This document shows, one piece after another, positions 10,143 through 20,227 of a stretch of DNA of 34,660 nucleotides. The stretch spans positions 124,001 to 158,660 of the forward strand of contig MEDY01000087.1 in NCBI GenBank assembly GCA_001724265.1, given 5' to 3'. The first letter of the stretch is position 1. Every line of letters starts with the position of its first letter. Under the pieces are notes generated by a model that saw only the letters and a list, made by a program, of their open reading frames with translations, was not told the DNA's origin and did not search any database. The position numbers and the translations under genes are program-made. Source of the stretch: Rhizaria sp. SCN 62-66 (taxonomy: Eukaryota).

Positions 10143-11336
10143 ATGGCTCAGCCTGTCGCCCGCAAGGCCAATAAGAAGCCTTCCGCGACCTCTACGGCCT
10201 CCGCGGACTCCAAGCCCACTTCGCTGCCCTCGGACGCCAACTCGATCAACGGCGGCGATGAGGTCGCCGGCGCCGCCCCGGCCCCGACCTCTGCGATGCG
10301 CGACGTGCTCGAGCTCCTGGCATGCACGCTCTCGATCTACGCCTGCTACATCGGCTACGGCCTGCTCCACGAGAAGATCACCCGCACGGCGTACGGCACG
10401 GACGCCGAGACCGGCAAGCCCGCGCGCTTCGTGCACTCGCTGTTCCTCACCACCGTCCAGTGCCTCGGCAACGCCGCCTGGGCGCTGCTCCTCATCGTCA
10501 TCGCCGCTTGCCGCCGTCCCTCGCACCACGCGCACGGCCCCGGGCACATTTCCGTTGGCACACACATCTATCACCTCGTTTTTGACCACGTTCCCAAGCA
10601 CAAGTACGCCCTGATCGCTTTTTCCTACTCGTTGGCGATGTTTTCATCCACGTCCGCGCTCAAGTTCGTCTCGTACCCGATCCAGGCGCTGGCCAAGTCC
10701 TCCAAGCTGATTCCCGTCATGGTTGGCCGCATCCTCACGGGCGCTAAGTACACGGTCCGCGAGTATCTGCACGTATTCCTCATCACGGGCGGCATCGCGG
10801 CCTTCTTCTACTTCGAGACGCCCAAGGCGGCCGCCAAGGCCGTGGCCGAGAACAGCTGGTGGGGCGTTCTGCTGCTCGGCGTGTCGCTCGCCATGGACGC
10901 CGTCACGGGCCCCACGCAGGAGAAGGTCTCGCACGACTACAAGCCGACGGTGATGACCATGACGTTCTGGATCAACATCTTCCCTTTCGTCGCCATGGCG
11001 GCCTTTGTCGCCTTCACGGGCGAGCTCCACCAGGCCGTCGCCTTCTGTCGTGACCACCCTGAGGTGCGGCTCGACCTGGCCGTCTACTGCTTCCTCTCCG
11101 CAGTCGGCCAGAGCGTGATCGTGTGGGCGCTGTTCCGTTTCGACAGCATGACCGTTACCGTAGTCACCACCACGCGCAAGTTCTTCACCATTCTCGCCTC
11201 GGTCTTCTGGTTCAACAACTCGCTCAACTTCCTCCAGTGGCTCGGCGTCGTCGTCGTGTTCATCGGCATTGGTGCAGACTCGCAGTACAAGTACGCGCTC
11301 AAGAAGAAGAAGCACAGCAAGGTCAAGGCCGAGTGA
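10143..11336 (+). CDS. SLC35B1: SLC35B1/HUT1/UTR1-type nucleotide-sugar transporter family protein (ER), 397 aa, single exon
   Basis: Multiple TM helices. Family motifs YGLLHEKI, SYPIQALAKSSKLIPVM, DAVTGPTQE and TTTRKFFTILASV. C-terminal KVKAE is a KxKxx ER-retrieval signal. ATG 10143 marks the start of GC-rich codon usage; ends in TGA. Confidence 0.92.
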   Translation: MAQPVARKANKKPSATSTASADSKPTSLPSDANSINGGDEVAGAAPAPTSAMRDVLELLACTLSIYACYIGYGLLHEKITRTAYGTDAETGKPARFVHSLFLTTVQCLGNAAWALLLIVIAACRRPSHHAHGPGHISVGTHIYHLVFDHVPKHKYALIAFSYSLAMFSSTSALKFVSYPIQALAKSSKLIPVMVGRILTGAKYTVREYLHVFLITGGIAAFFYFETPKAAAKAVAENSWWGVLLLGVSLAMDAVTGPTQEKVSHDYKPTVMTMTFWINIFPFVAMAAFVAFTGELHQAVAFCRDHPEVRLDLAVYCFLSAVGQSVIVWALFRFDSMTVTVVTTTRKFFTILASVFWFNNSLNFLQWLGVVVVFIGIGADSQYKYALKKKKHSKVKAE

Positions 11337-11897
11337 GCAAAATCACGGTGAGTCACCGTCACAAAGCCTCGCCTTAGCGAAGGGGAAGCGAGTCGCATCT
11401 TTCATTACAGGTGTGGCTGAGTCAGAGAACAATGTCACTGGCAAACCTCAGTGACTGTGGGCATCATCTGCTGTGAAATGCAGCATATATGAAAAACTGC
11501 ACTTGGAGCTTTTGCCCGTCCTTGTAGGTGTCATGATGTTGATTGATCTAACGCTGTGTTTGATTCGTACAGCGACTATTTGCAATACATAATGGTCAGT
11601 TTAGCCTCATCGTCATATATTTATTGTTTTTGTGTCCTTTTGCATGTGTTCTATTGTCGCCAATATTCCATGTGGGCAGTATTCACGAACATGTTGAGGT
11701 GTGACAATATGCTTTATTAACTTTTATGTAACGCATCAAGCACACTTCTGGTGACAGCCAAATCGCAAAAATAATGCATATTTTAAGATCTTTAAATCAA
11801 GAAAGCGATCTTTTCAATATATAATTCTAGGTAACAATCAATTTAGTCACGATACCACGCCAAATTGTCAAATTAGTTTGAACAACTTTTTGTTTTC

Positions 11898-12696
11898 TTA
11901 CATGGTGACGCACTCGGGGACGCCATTGCGCCCGCCGCCGTGCCCGCCGCGGCCCCCGCCGCGGCCCCCGCCGCCGCCGCCGCGCGACATGGCCATGACG
12001 GCGGCAACCTCCCGCATGAGCATGGCGCGGCGCCCGTCCTCATCGTCGCTATCATCGCCGCCGCCACCGCCGAGGCCGAACGGGAAGGGGTCGTCGTCGC
12101 TGTCGGAGAAATTGGGGCTGGAGTCGTCCTCGGCCCCGCTAACGTGTCCGTCAAACACCATGTTCCCGTTCACGTCGAACCTATGCCCGCCATAGCCGCC
12201 GCCACTGCCGCCGCCGCCGGAATGTTCGCCCATGCAGCGCTTGGCAAGGGAGATTTCGTGCAGCAGCGCCTCGGTACCGACGGGCCCGCGCGCCTCGTCG
12301 CGCAGGCGCACCAGAGTGGGCGCTAGCTGCGCCAGTCGCTCCTGCAGCAGGATCCGGTTGCGCAAGTGCCGCGCCCTCTCCATCGCAGTGAAGGACTTCT
12401 TGTTCGACCCCACGAAGCCGGGCTTCGCGCTGGCGCTGGCGCTGGCGCTGCTGCTGCTGCTGGCGCAGCTGTCGTCGTCGTCAAGATCGTCGAGGTCGTT
12501 GGACGCGCCGATAAAGCCGTAGCCAGAGCCGGGGTTGCCGATCATGCCGCTGGCGCTGGCACTGGCGTCCGCGGCCGCGGCGGCCGAGGCGGCCGAGGCG
12601 GCAATTGTGGCGGACTGACTGAGCGGCAGCGTGTTGCTGCGACTGACCAGACTGGTGTTGGGGCGGCCATCCGTCATGGCAGCACCGGCAGCATCG

Positions 12697-12740
<44 letters not shown>

Positions 12741-14138
12741 GATGCTGAAGCTCGCCGCCCGGCTGGCCACACCGCCGCCGCCGCCGCCGGCCTCGGCGTT
12801 GTCAGCCTCGCGCGGGTCGACGCCCTCGCTGTCGCCGTAGCCGACGTAGAGGCGCCCGGCCGCGTCGAGCCGCACGCCTGCCAGCTCGAGCGCGTCGACC
12901 AGGTTCCCGAAGGCCTCCGCGCGGTCCGTCTCGGAGCTGCGGGCGCCCACCACTGGCACAGGCGTCGCGCCGCCGCCCACGGGGTTCAGCCGGTTGCTGC
13001 GGTCCGGCAGCAGCAGCACGCCCGCGCCGATGTCGTGGCTGCTGTGGGGTGCAATCGCCGCGATCGCGCGCGGCGCGGCGCTGCCGCTGCCCGCAGTCCC
13101 GCTCGCACTCGCGCTGACACTTGGATTCGAGCCAGTGGCTGTGCTATTGGCAATGTTGTTGTTTGCGACGCGAAGCTTCTGCCGCAGCAAGTTAAGCCGC
13201 TCCGGCGTAAAGCCGTCTGCGGTCATGCGCGCCACGCGCGTGTCGGCATCTTGGGCGGCGACGGCAGGGGAGGAGTCGGCGTGGCGGTCCCAGACCGGGG
13301 GCCCGCCGTCGAAGTCGACGCGGTACTGCAGCGAGACAGCCTGCGCGGCCTGCGTCAGGTTCGCGATGAGGCGGCGCAGCAGCGCGGCATATTCGGCGGC
13401 CCAGGCTGAGAAGACGGCACCGGAGACCGGGGACACGAGCGACTCGGACGCGGTGGCTGGCGCCGACGGCGACGCCAGGAACCCGGCTGGGCCGACCACG
13501 GAGCTGGAGGGCATGCGCGTGAACTGGGTGGTGCCCTCCTGCAGTGTGTCCGCGGTCGGCGTGGCCATGGCGACGGGCACGATGACGTTGAAGAGATGGT
13601 GCATCAGCTCGTCGAGCGGGAACTCAACCATGAAGAGCGCGTTGAACTCCTCGCCGACGGCCGCCCACGTAGGGTGTCCGCGCGGGACCAGGTCCAGGTT
13701 GCGCAACACGGCCGTCTCAACCAGCCAGAAGTCCATCGCGGCCGTGAAGGGCGCGAAGAGCGTTGCGTTGTTGACTGCGCTCTGCAACTGTCGTACGCGC
13801 AGCGCGTTGCGGCCTGTGAGTGCGGCCGGGAACGCCGCGCCGGGGCTCGTGTACGCGCCCAGCTCGGCCTCGTGGCCCAGCGCGTCGTAGACCGACTGCG
13901 CGGGGCCGGCTGCGGGCGCGGGCGCAGGCTCGGGCGCGGATGCAGGGGCCGTGGCCGTGGGGGAGGCGGCGACGGCTGCTGCGGCGGTGGCGGCGGCCTC
14001 GGCGGCTGCGGCGGCCACGAAGGGCGCCTGGCTGGCCGCACCGGCCACACCGGCGCCCAGGGGCCCGAGGGCGGGCGCGGGGGCCAGGGACGCCGCGGAA
14101 GGCGCGTCCGCGGACCGGGCGCGCTTCTTGGGCGGCAT
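11898..14138 (-). CDS. Hypothetical nuclear protein (746 aa): N-terminal NLS, divergent Myb/SANT-like repeat, low-complexity regions, C-terminal CaaX-like CVTM
   Basis: Long GC3-rich ORF beginning MPPKKRAR. FTAAMDFWLVETAV...WAAVGEEF...LMHHLFNVIVP (13575-13748) resembles Myb/SANT spacing. Ends ...RGG...GVPECVTM-TAA. The ORF is secure; the domain calls are tentative. Confidence 0.75.
12696..12738 (-). repeat. Coding AGC/AGT trinucleotide repeat (poly-Ser)
   Basis: (CTA)n(CTG)n on + strand, encoding a run of 14 Ser on the minus strand. Confidence 0.9.
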
Positions 14139-15595
14139 GTTGTAGTGCTGCACTCGAAAGAAGGGCGAAAATGATGAGGAGGTTGATAGAGGATTGAAGG
14201 GAGGTCGACAAAAGCCGTGGTGAGATTCGATTGAACCAGAATTAAGAAAACACGCACAAAAACAACTTTCCTATCGTAAACACAAAGAATAAACCGCAAT
14301 AAACGATGATAAGTACACCAGGTCACATGAGATAAGTTGAGGAGCTGGAAGCAACAAGTTTGTCTCAGTCGGCGGGCAACAGCAGCAGGCGAAGGGGTGG
14401 GCCGAAAAACATCAAGCGTCGCGCGCCACCGACCAGCTCGTCGGAGGTTTTACGACGTCATCCAGCCTCGAACTTATGACGGGTTGATTAACGGGGCTGA
14501 AGCGCAACGAGCAAGGCGCGTTTTGACGCGGGAGTTGCACCACGAGCAATAGCTGGGGCTGGCGTGTATCGTGTGCGATTTGATTTTGCACGATCGCGCG
14601 GCGGGGGCGGGTGCGAGGGCCAATAAGGCTGGCGGAGCGTGGTGGAAGAGTCACTGTACCCACCCCTAACGCCGAAAGGAGGGGTGTGATGGGCTTCGGG
14701 CCGCGCGGAGCGCAATTGACGATGCTAATCGGTTTTTTTAAGGAATGAGTAAAGCGTGCTGAAGTGAAATGCCGCGGAGCTGCCGCCAAAGGGGTCCTAT
14801 AGGGCCGTATTAAGGGTGCCGGAAGAGGTCCCAACGTTCGAGGGCTCGCTTACTGAATCGTGCATTTAGCTGCATAAACAAGTGCCTTTGTGAAACTAGC
14901 CGTGTTTTGATGTATGAGAGTGTGTTGGGTAGCTGTTATTACTATGCCCTCAGTGCAACAGTCAATACAGGTGCAGAAAAGTGTCATAAGCTGTAGAGTT
15001 AATAGTTACACCCGCCAATGCTGGGTGCCACAAACGGGCTTCGTACTCTGTGTATTGCGCAGCTGAATGATAAAAAGACATCGAACTCATACAAAGTGCC
15101 CTTAAGAATGACTCCAATGCCGACGAACTGTGCGTGTGCGACGTATGTAGCCCGAAATGTCACGCTTGAGACCCAGGACAGAGACAAGTCAAGCCGCTTA
15201 GAACCACCTGGGTAGAAAATGGCCTGCTCGATTTCTGATTGGGGCATTGTAGAGCGGATCACGACCACGGGGTGAGGCTGGAATCAAACCATATCATAAT
15301 TCTCATGATGTTATTTATGTGCCAGGTTGGACGTGCGTATGTCGTCATGGTTATAGACGGAACAAAGCCCGAGTATGACTATTCCGTGTTACTGTGTAGT
15401 CGCCCCTGCTTGCTCACTGATTCCCATGCATTTTTCGCTCTACCCAACCACTCATTGTTTCTATCCTGCTGTCCCCGTTTTAGCGGTGAGATTTCACACA
15501 CGTTCCTTTTTCTTGCGTAAGTTGTGAGCGAGTCTCAGAGCGGATAAAACTCCAGCGAGAGATCTTCACACTGTGTCATTCTCATACCCCCCCTT
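14139..15595. promoter_or_regulatory. Divergent (head-to-head) intergenic region; GC-box-like and CCAAT elements
   Basis: Lies between ATG 14138 (-) and ATG 15596 (+). GGGGGCGGG at 14603-14611 and CCAAT at 14620-14624. Function is inferred from position only. Confidence 0.4.
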
Positions 15596-18500
15596 ATGTC
15601 GTCGCACCCGCACACCGGGGCGCCCACCGCGTCCCCCGCGCTTGTGCCCGCGACGTCACACCATCTTAAGACTCTACCCGCGTCTTCTCTCTCTAAAACA
15701 GCCACAATCACCGCCCCACGCTCGCTGTTAACGGCTGGTTCAGTCCACTCGTCAGCTACCGTCTCGAATCCCAGCAGCACGAGTACCGCTTCAGGACCCT
15801 CCTCCGCCTCCCTCGCAGCCTCGTCCCTCGCCCGACCGCTCTCGGGCTACGCCTCGCTGCTGCCCGGCACCAAGCCCGCCGCGCTATCGCCCACAGGCCT
15901 GCCCGCCGCAAAGCTCTCCTTGTCCTCGTCGGCCAACACCGCCGCCAAGCCCCTTTCTGGTACCGCCTCCTCTGCCGCTACGGCCTCCGCCTCGGCCGCC
16001 GCACTAGCCGCCGCCGCGGCCAGCCGCCCCGGCGCGCCCAGACCGGCGCTGTCAACGGCGACGCCGCCCGTGGGCCCCCGCCCCGCGCTGTCGACGGCCG
16101 CCTCGGCGCTCGCCCCCGCCCTGCGCGCGTTACCCCCCGCGTCCGTGTCCGCGCTCACGGCGCTCGGCGGGCACGGCAGCAGCAGCAACGGCGGCGGCAG
16201 CGCGGGCGCGGACAGCAAGTACGCGGCCCGGCTAACGGCGGCGTCGTTCCTGACGGCCGCGCACAAGACCGCGGGCGCAGGCGCGGGCGGTGGCGCGGCT
16301 GCCGCGAGCAACACGCAGCAGAGGCTACTGTTCGGCCGCCCCCCTGTCTCGACCTCGGCCGCTGCTGACGGCGGCTACGGCAACGACAACGACGCCGGCG
16401 ACGATACGCATGGCGACGGCGACGACGATGACGACGACGATGGTGACGATGACGACGAGGACGGCGATGGAGACATCTCCCAGGCCCGCGCGCGCCGCCG
16501 CCTCGCCACCGCCGCGGACTCTGACGCCGGCGCCGGCTACGCGGTGGCGGCCCAGCGCGGCCGCGGCGGCACCGGGCGCGGGCGCGGTCGTGGCCGTGGG
16601 CGCGGCCGCGGCCGCGGCGCCGGCTTGGCCGGGGTCGGCCGCGGCGGTGCCAGCGCCCGCGGTGACGCCGGAGTCGGCGCCGGCGTTGTGCCCACGCGCC
16701 AGACGTACAGCGGCACCGGCGACAATGACCACGTCAACGGCGCCGCCGACGAAGACGACGACGACGAGGTCGATGACGATGACGCCGACGGAGACGACGC
16801 CGCCGACCTCGCCACGCCGCGGCAGCCGCGCTCGCGCAGCACGGGCTACGACTCGCGCCAGATCCTCGCTGACCAGCTTCACCAGGTACGATCCGCACTC
16901 GACACACACCGACACACACACGCTCTCAGAGGCACACGAAGTCAGACTCGCGGAGAATGCGAAAGTGTTGACTCGAAGAGATGAATGACAATGAGTCCAA
17001 TTTATTCTAATATACGTTCATAGTCAACCAACTCTTTGTTATTTTTATAAAACAATCATTGTTATGATTAAATGCAAATCTCTCACTTTATCTTTTCTCT
17101 CAACTCCGCTCCTTTTTCTCACTGTCCCCAGGCCGCTGCGGCGTCGACGACGCATTCGTGGGCCCGCGGCCGCGCGCCCCGTGGCCGCGGCGGCCGCGGC
17201 GGTCGCGGTGGTCGCGGCGCGAGCCTCGCCGCCCGCGCCTCGCAAGCGATGGCAGCTGCGCGCGCCGCCGCAGCGTCTGCCGCCGCGTCGCTGGCCCTGT
17301 CTGGCGGCAGCTCCAACGCCGCCGCGGCCGCGGCGGCCAACAACGCGGCGCTCCTCCGCAGCGTCGGGCTTGCGCCCGCGGCCGGCAGCCCCGCGCTGGG
17401 CCACCAACACGCCGCGCACGCGGGGGCGGGCGGCGCGGGGGGCAGTTCTGGCGGCGTGGCGCTGCTGGCCAACCTCCAGGCCGCTGGGCTCTTGCCGCCT
17501 GGGCTTCTTCCGTCGGGGCTCGCCAACCTCGCAGCCGGCCTCAACGCAGCTGGCCTCAACGCCGCGGGTCTTGGCGCGCTGACCGGCGTGGCAGGACTCG
17601 GCGGACTGGCCGGGCTGAGCGGGGCGCCCTACGGCGCCGCGGCCGCCGCGCTCTCAGCCGCCGGGCTCTCGGGTGGCGTGGCCGCACCGGGCGCCGGGAG
17701 CGGCGCGGGCGGGCCGGCGACGGCGAACATCAACACTGTCGCGGGGCTCAACACCGCGGCCTCGGCGGCCTTCAACGCGGCCGCCGCGCTTGCGCTGCCC
17801 GCGACCTCAGGCGTGTCCGTTGGCACCCTCAACGCGCAGGCGCAGCGGCCGAACCTGGTGGACCGGCTCGTGCTCATCACGTCAGGCAAGCACCGCGGCA
17901 AGTCGGGCGTGGTCAAATTCTCCGGCCACGGCTTCTACTGCATCGCCATCGAGGGCGAGGTCGACGTCATGAAGCGCGCCTCAGAGTTCGAGATTGTGCT
18001 CACGCCGCAGCCGGCGCCCGCCGCCGCCGCCGCCGCGGGCCCCGCAGGCGCCGCCGGTGCCACACTTGGGGCCGGGCTCGCGGGTGGACTTGCGGGTGGC
18101 CTTGGGGCCGGGCTAGGAGCCGGACTCGCTGGCGGACTTATGGCAGGCGGCGCCGGTGGCTTGGGGGGCGACGCCTCGGGTGGCAACGCGGCGCTACCCT
18201 TCCTGGCGATGCACCAGCAGCAGCACGTGCTGCAGCAGCAGCAACAGCAGCAGCACCTGCTCCTACTGCAGGCGCTCCAGCAGCAGCAGGCCGCGCATGC
18301 GCAGGCGCAAGCACAGCAGCACCACCAGCACCAGCACCAGCAACAGCAGCAGCACTCGCTGTCGGCGCTCGCCGGCGGCAACTCGGCCCTGACGGCACTC
18401 CTCAACTGGCAGCAACAACAGCAGCACCAGCAGCATCACCAGCACCAGCAGCATCACCAGCACCAGCAGCAGGGCGCCGAGTCCGACTCGTCTGTGTCTA

Positions 18501-19330
18501 ACAGCCCCGTCGGTGTCGTCTCCGCCCTGACCGGCGCCCGCTCGTCAGGGCTGCACAGCGCCGAGAGCCAGGCGGCGCTGCAGCAGGCGCTGGCGGGCAG
18601 CCCGTTCCTGCTCATGCAGCTCATCAGCCGCGGCGCTCTCAGCGCCACCGAGGCTGCCGCGGCCCTTACCGGCAGCAGCAACAACAGCGGCAATGCCATG
18701 CTCGCCAACACCGAGGACATGAGTCTTGAGGCTCTCGATGCCGCACTGAACGGACACAACAACGCCGAGACTACAGATGCCGACGCTTTGCCTGCTGCCG
18801 ATGCTGCGGCCAATGTCAATGAAGCCGACGCGGCTGCTGACAGCGCCAAGACTAACTCTGCCAACAGCGACAAGAACGCCGGCTCTGACGCGGCCCTTGC
18901 TGCCGAGACCGACGCCGCCGTGGCCGACGCTGCGACCGAGACCTCCCCCGTCCCCGCCGGCGCCTCCAGTGTCCCCAGTGCTGCTGACGCCGACGCCGAC
19001 GCCGACGCCGATGCTGAGGGCTCTGAGGCTGAGGTTAACGCCGTCGCCGCTGCCCCGACGGCGACCGCGACTGCGACTGAGAACTCGAGTGCCAACGCCA
19101 GCGTGGCCTCCGGCGTCGACGCGAGCCCCCGCAGCCACGCCCACGGTCAGAGCCAGAGTCAGAGCAGCGCCGGCGCCGGTGTCGGTGTGAGTAACAGTGC
19201 TGCGAACGCGCCTGTGTCTGCGGCAGCAACGCTGCTGGCCGACGCCGCGGCCGCCCCCGCCGCCGTGGCCGCGGCAGGCGGCATCGCGCCCTGGCTCTAC
19301 GACATGTACCAGCACCAGCGACAGCTCGCA

Positions 19331-19368
<38 letters not shown>

Positions 19369-19569
19369 ACAACAACAGCAACAGCAGCTGCAGCAGGTCG
19401 CCGCCGCCGCCGCCGCCGCCGGGGGGGGCAACACCGAGGCGCTGCTTGCGCTGCTGCTGCCGCAGCTGCAGGGCATCCAGGACCAGCAGGCCAAGGCCGC
19501 CGAGCAGGCGCGGCAGGAGCAGCAGCAGCTGTTGCTGCATATGCGCCAGACCCAGCAGCAGCAGCAGCA

Positions 19570-19608
<39 letters not shown>

Positions 19609-19860
19609 CCCGAACCAACAGCACGGCGCCGCGCGCATGCAGCAGATCCAGGCCGCGATCGCCATGGTGCAGCAGCAGCAGCTCCAGCACCAGTACCAGC
19701 AGCAGCAACAGCTGCAACAACAGCAGCAGCTGCAGCAGCAGCCCGGCGCTAGCAGCGGCAACAACAACAACAACAACATCTTTGCCGCAGCGATCGCCGC
19801 CGCCCAGGCCCAGGCCCAGGCTCAGGCTCAGATGCAGATGCAGATGCACGCGCTCGCCCA

Positions 19861-19891
<31 letters not shown>

Positions 19892-20167
19892 GTGTCGGGC
19901 CCCGCCGGCTCCGGTCTGTCCCCGCTGCTGCAGCCCCAGGCCGCGGCGGGCTCCGGCGGTCCCAGCCCCGGCTCCGGCCCCGGCTCCTCGGCGGCGGCGC
20001 TGGCGCAGCTGCTGTTGCAGCACCGCATGAGCGGCCCAGGGAGCGCCGGGGACGACGAGGGCGAGTTCGCCGGCGTTGTTGGCGTCGTGCCCCACGCGCA
20101 CGCGCGCGTGTTGTCGGCCGCCAAGACTGCGGACCCCGCTGCTGCGGTCGGCGCTGCAAGTGGCGTC

Positions 20168-20204
<37 letters not shown>

Positions 20205-20227
20205 GCGCGGAGCTGTCGGTCGAATAA
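15596..20227 (+). CDS. Low-complexity protein (~1461 aa) with RG/RGG boxes, one KOW-like domain and long polyQ tracts; exons 15596-16885 and 17132-20227
   Basis: Two ORFs joined in frame by a phase-0 intron. LVLITSGKHRGKSGVV (within 17852-18001) fits the KOW motif. GRGRGRGRG and RGGRGGRGG tracts, poly-Asp and polyQ/QH. Ends in TAA. Confidence 0.8.
16886..17131 (+). other. Spliceosomal intron (246 nt, phase 0)
   Basis: Donor CAG|GTACGA, AT-rich body, long polypyrimidine tract and CCCCAG|GCC acceptor. Joins ...DQLHQ to AAAAST... Confidence 0.9.
19319..19742 (+). repeat. Coding CAG/CAA microsatellite clusters (polyglutamine)
   Basis: Runs of (CAG)n with CAA interruptions at ~19331-19396, ~19553-19606 and ~19670-19742. 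Further runs occur at ~18215-18470 and 20170-20202. Confidence 0.95.

Noticed and set aside
14660-14672. Telomerase-template-like ACCCCTAAC
   Set aside because: Only 9 nt, sequestered in a predicted stem, and the telomere repeat of the organism is unknown.
14705-14740. U6 snRNA-like GATTAGCAT on the minus strand
   Set aside because: No ACAGAGA box upstream and no matching U6 continuation.
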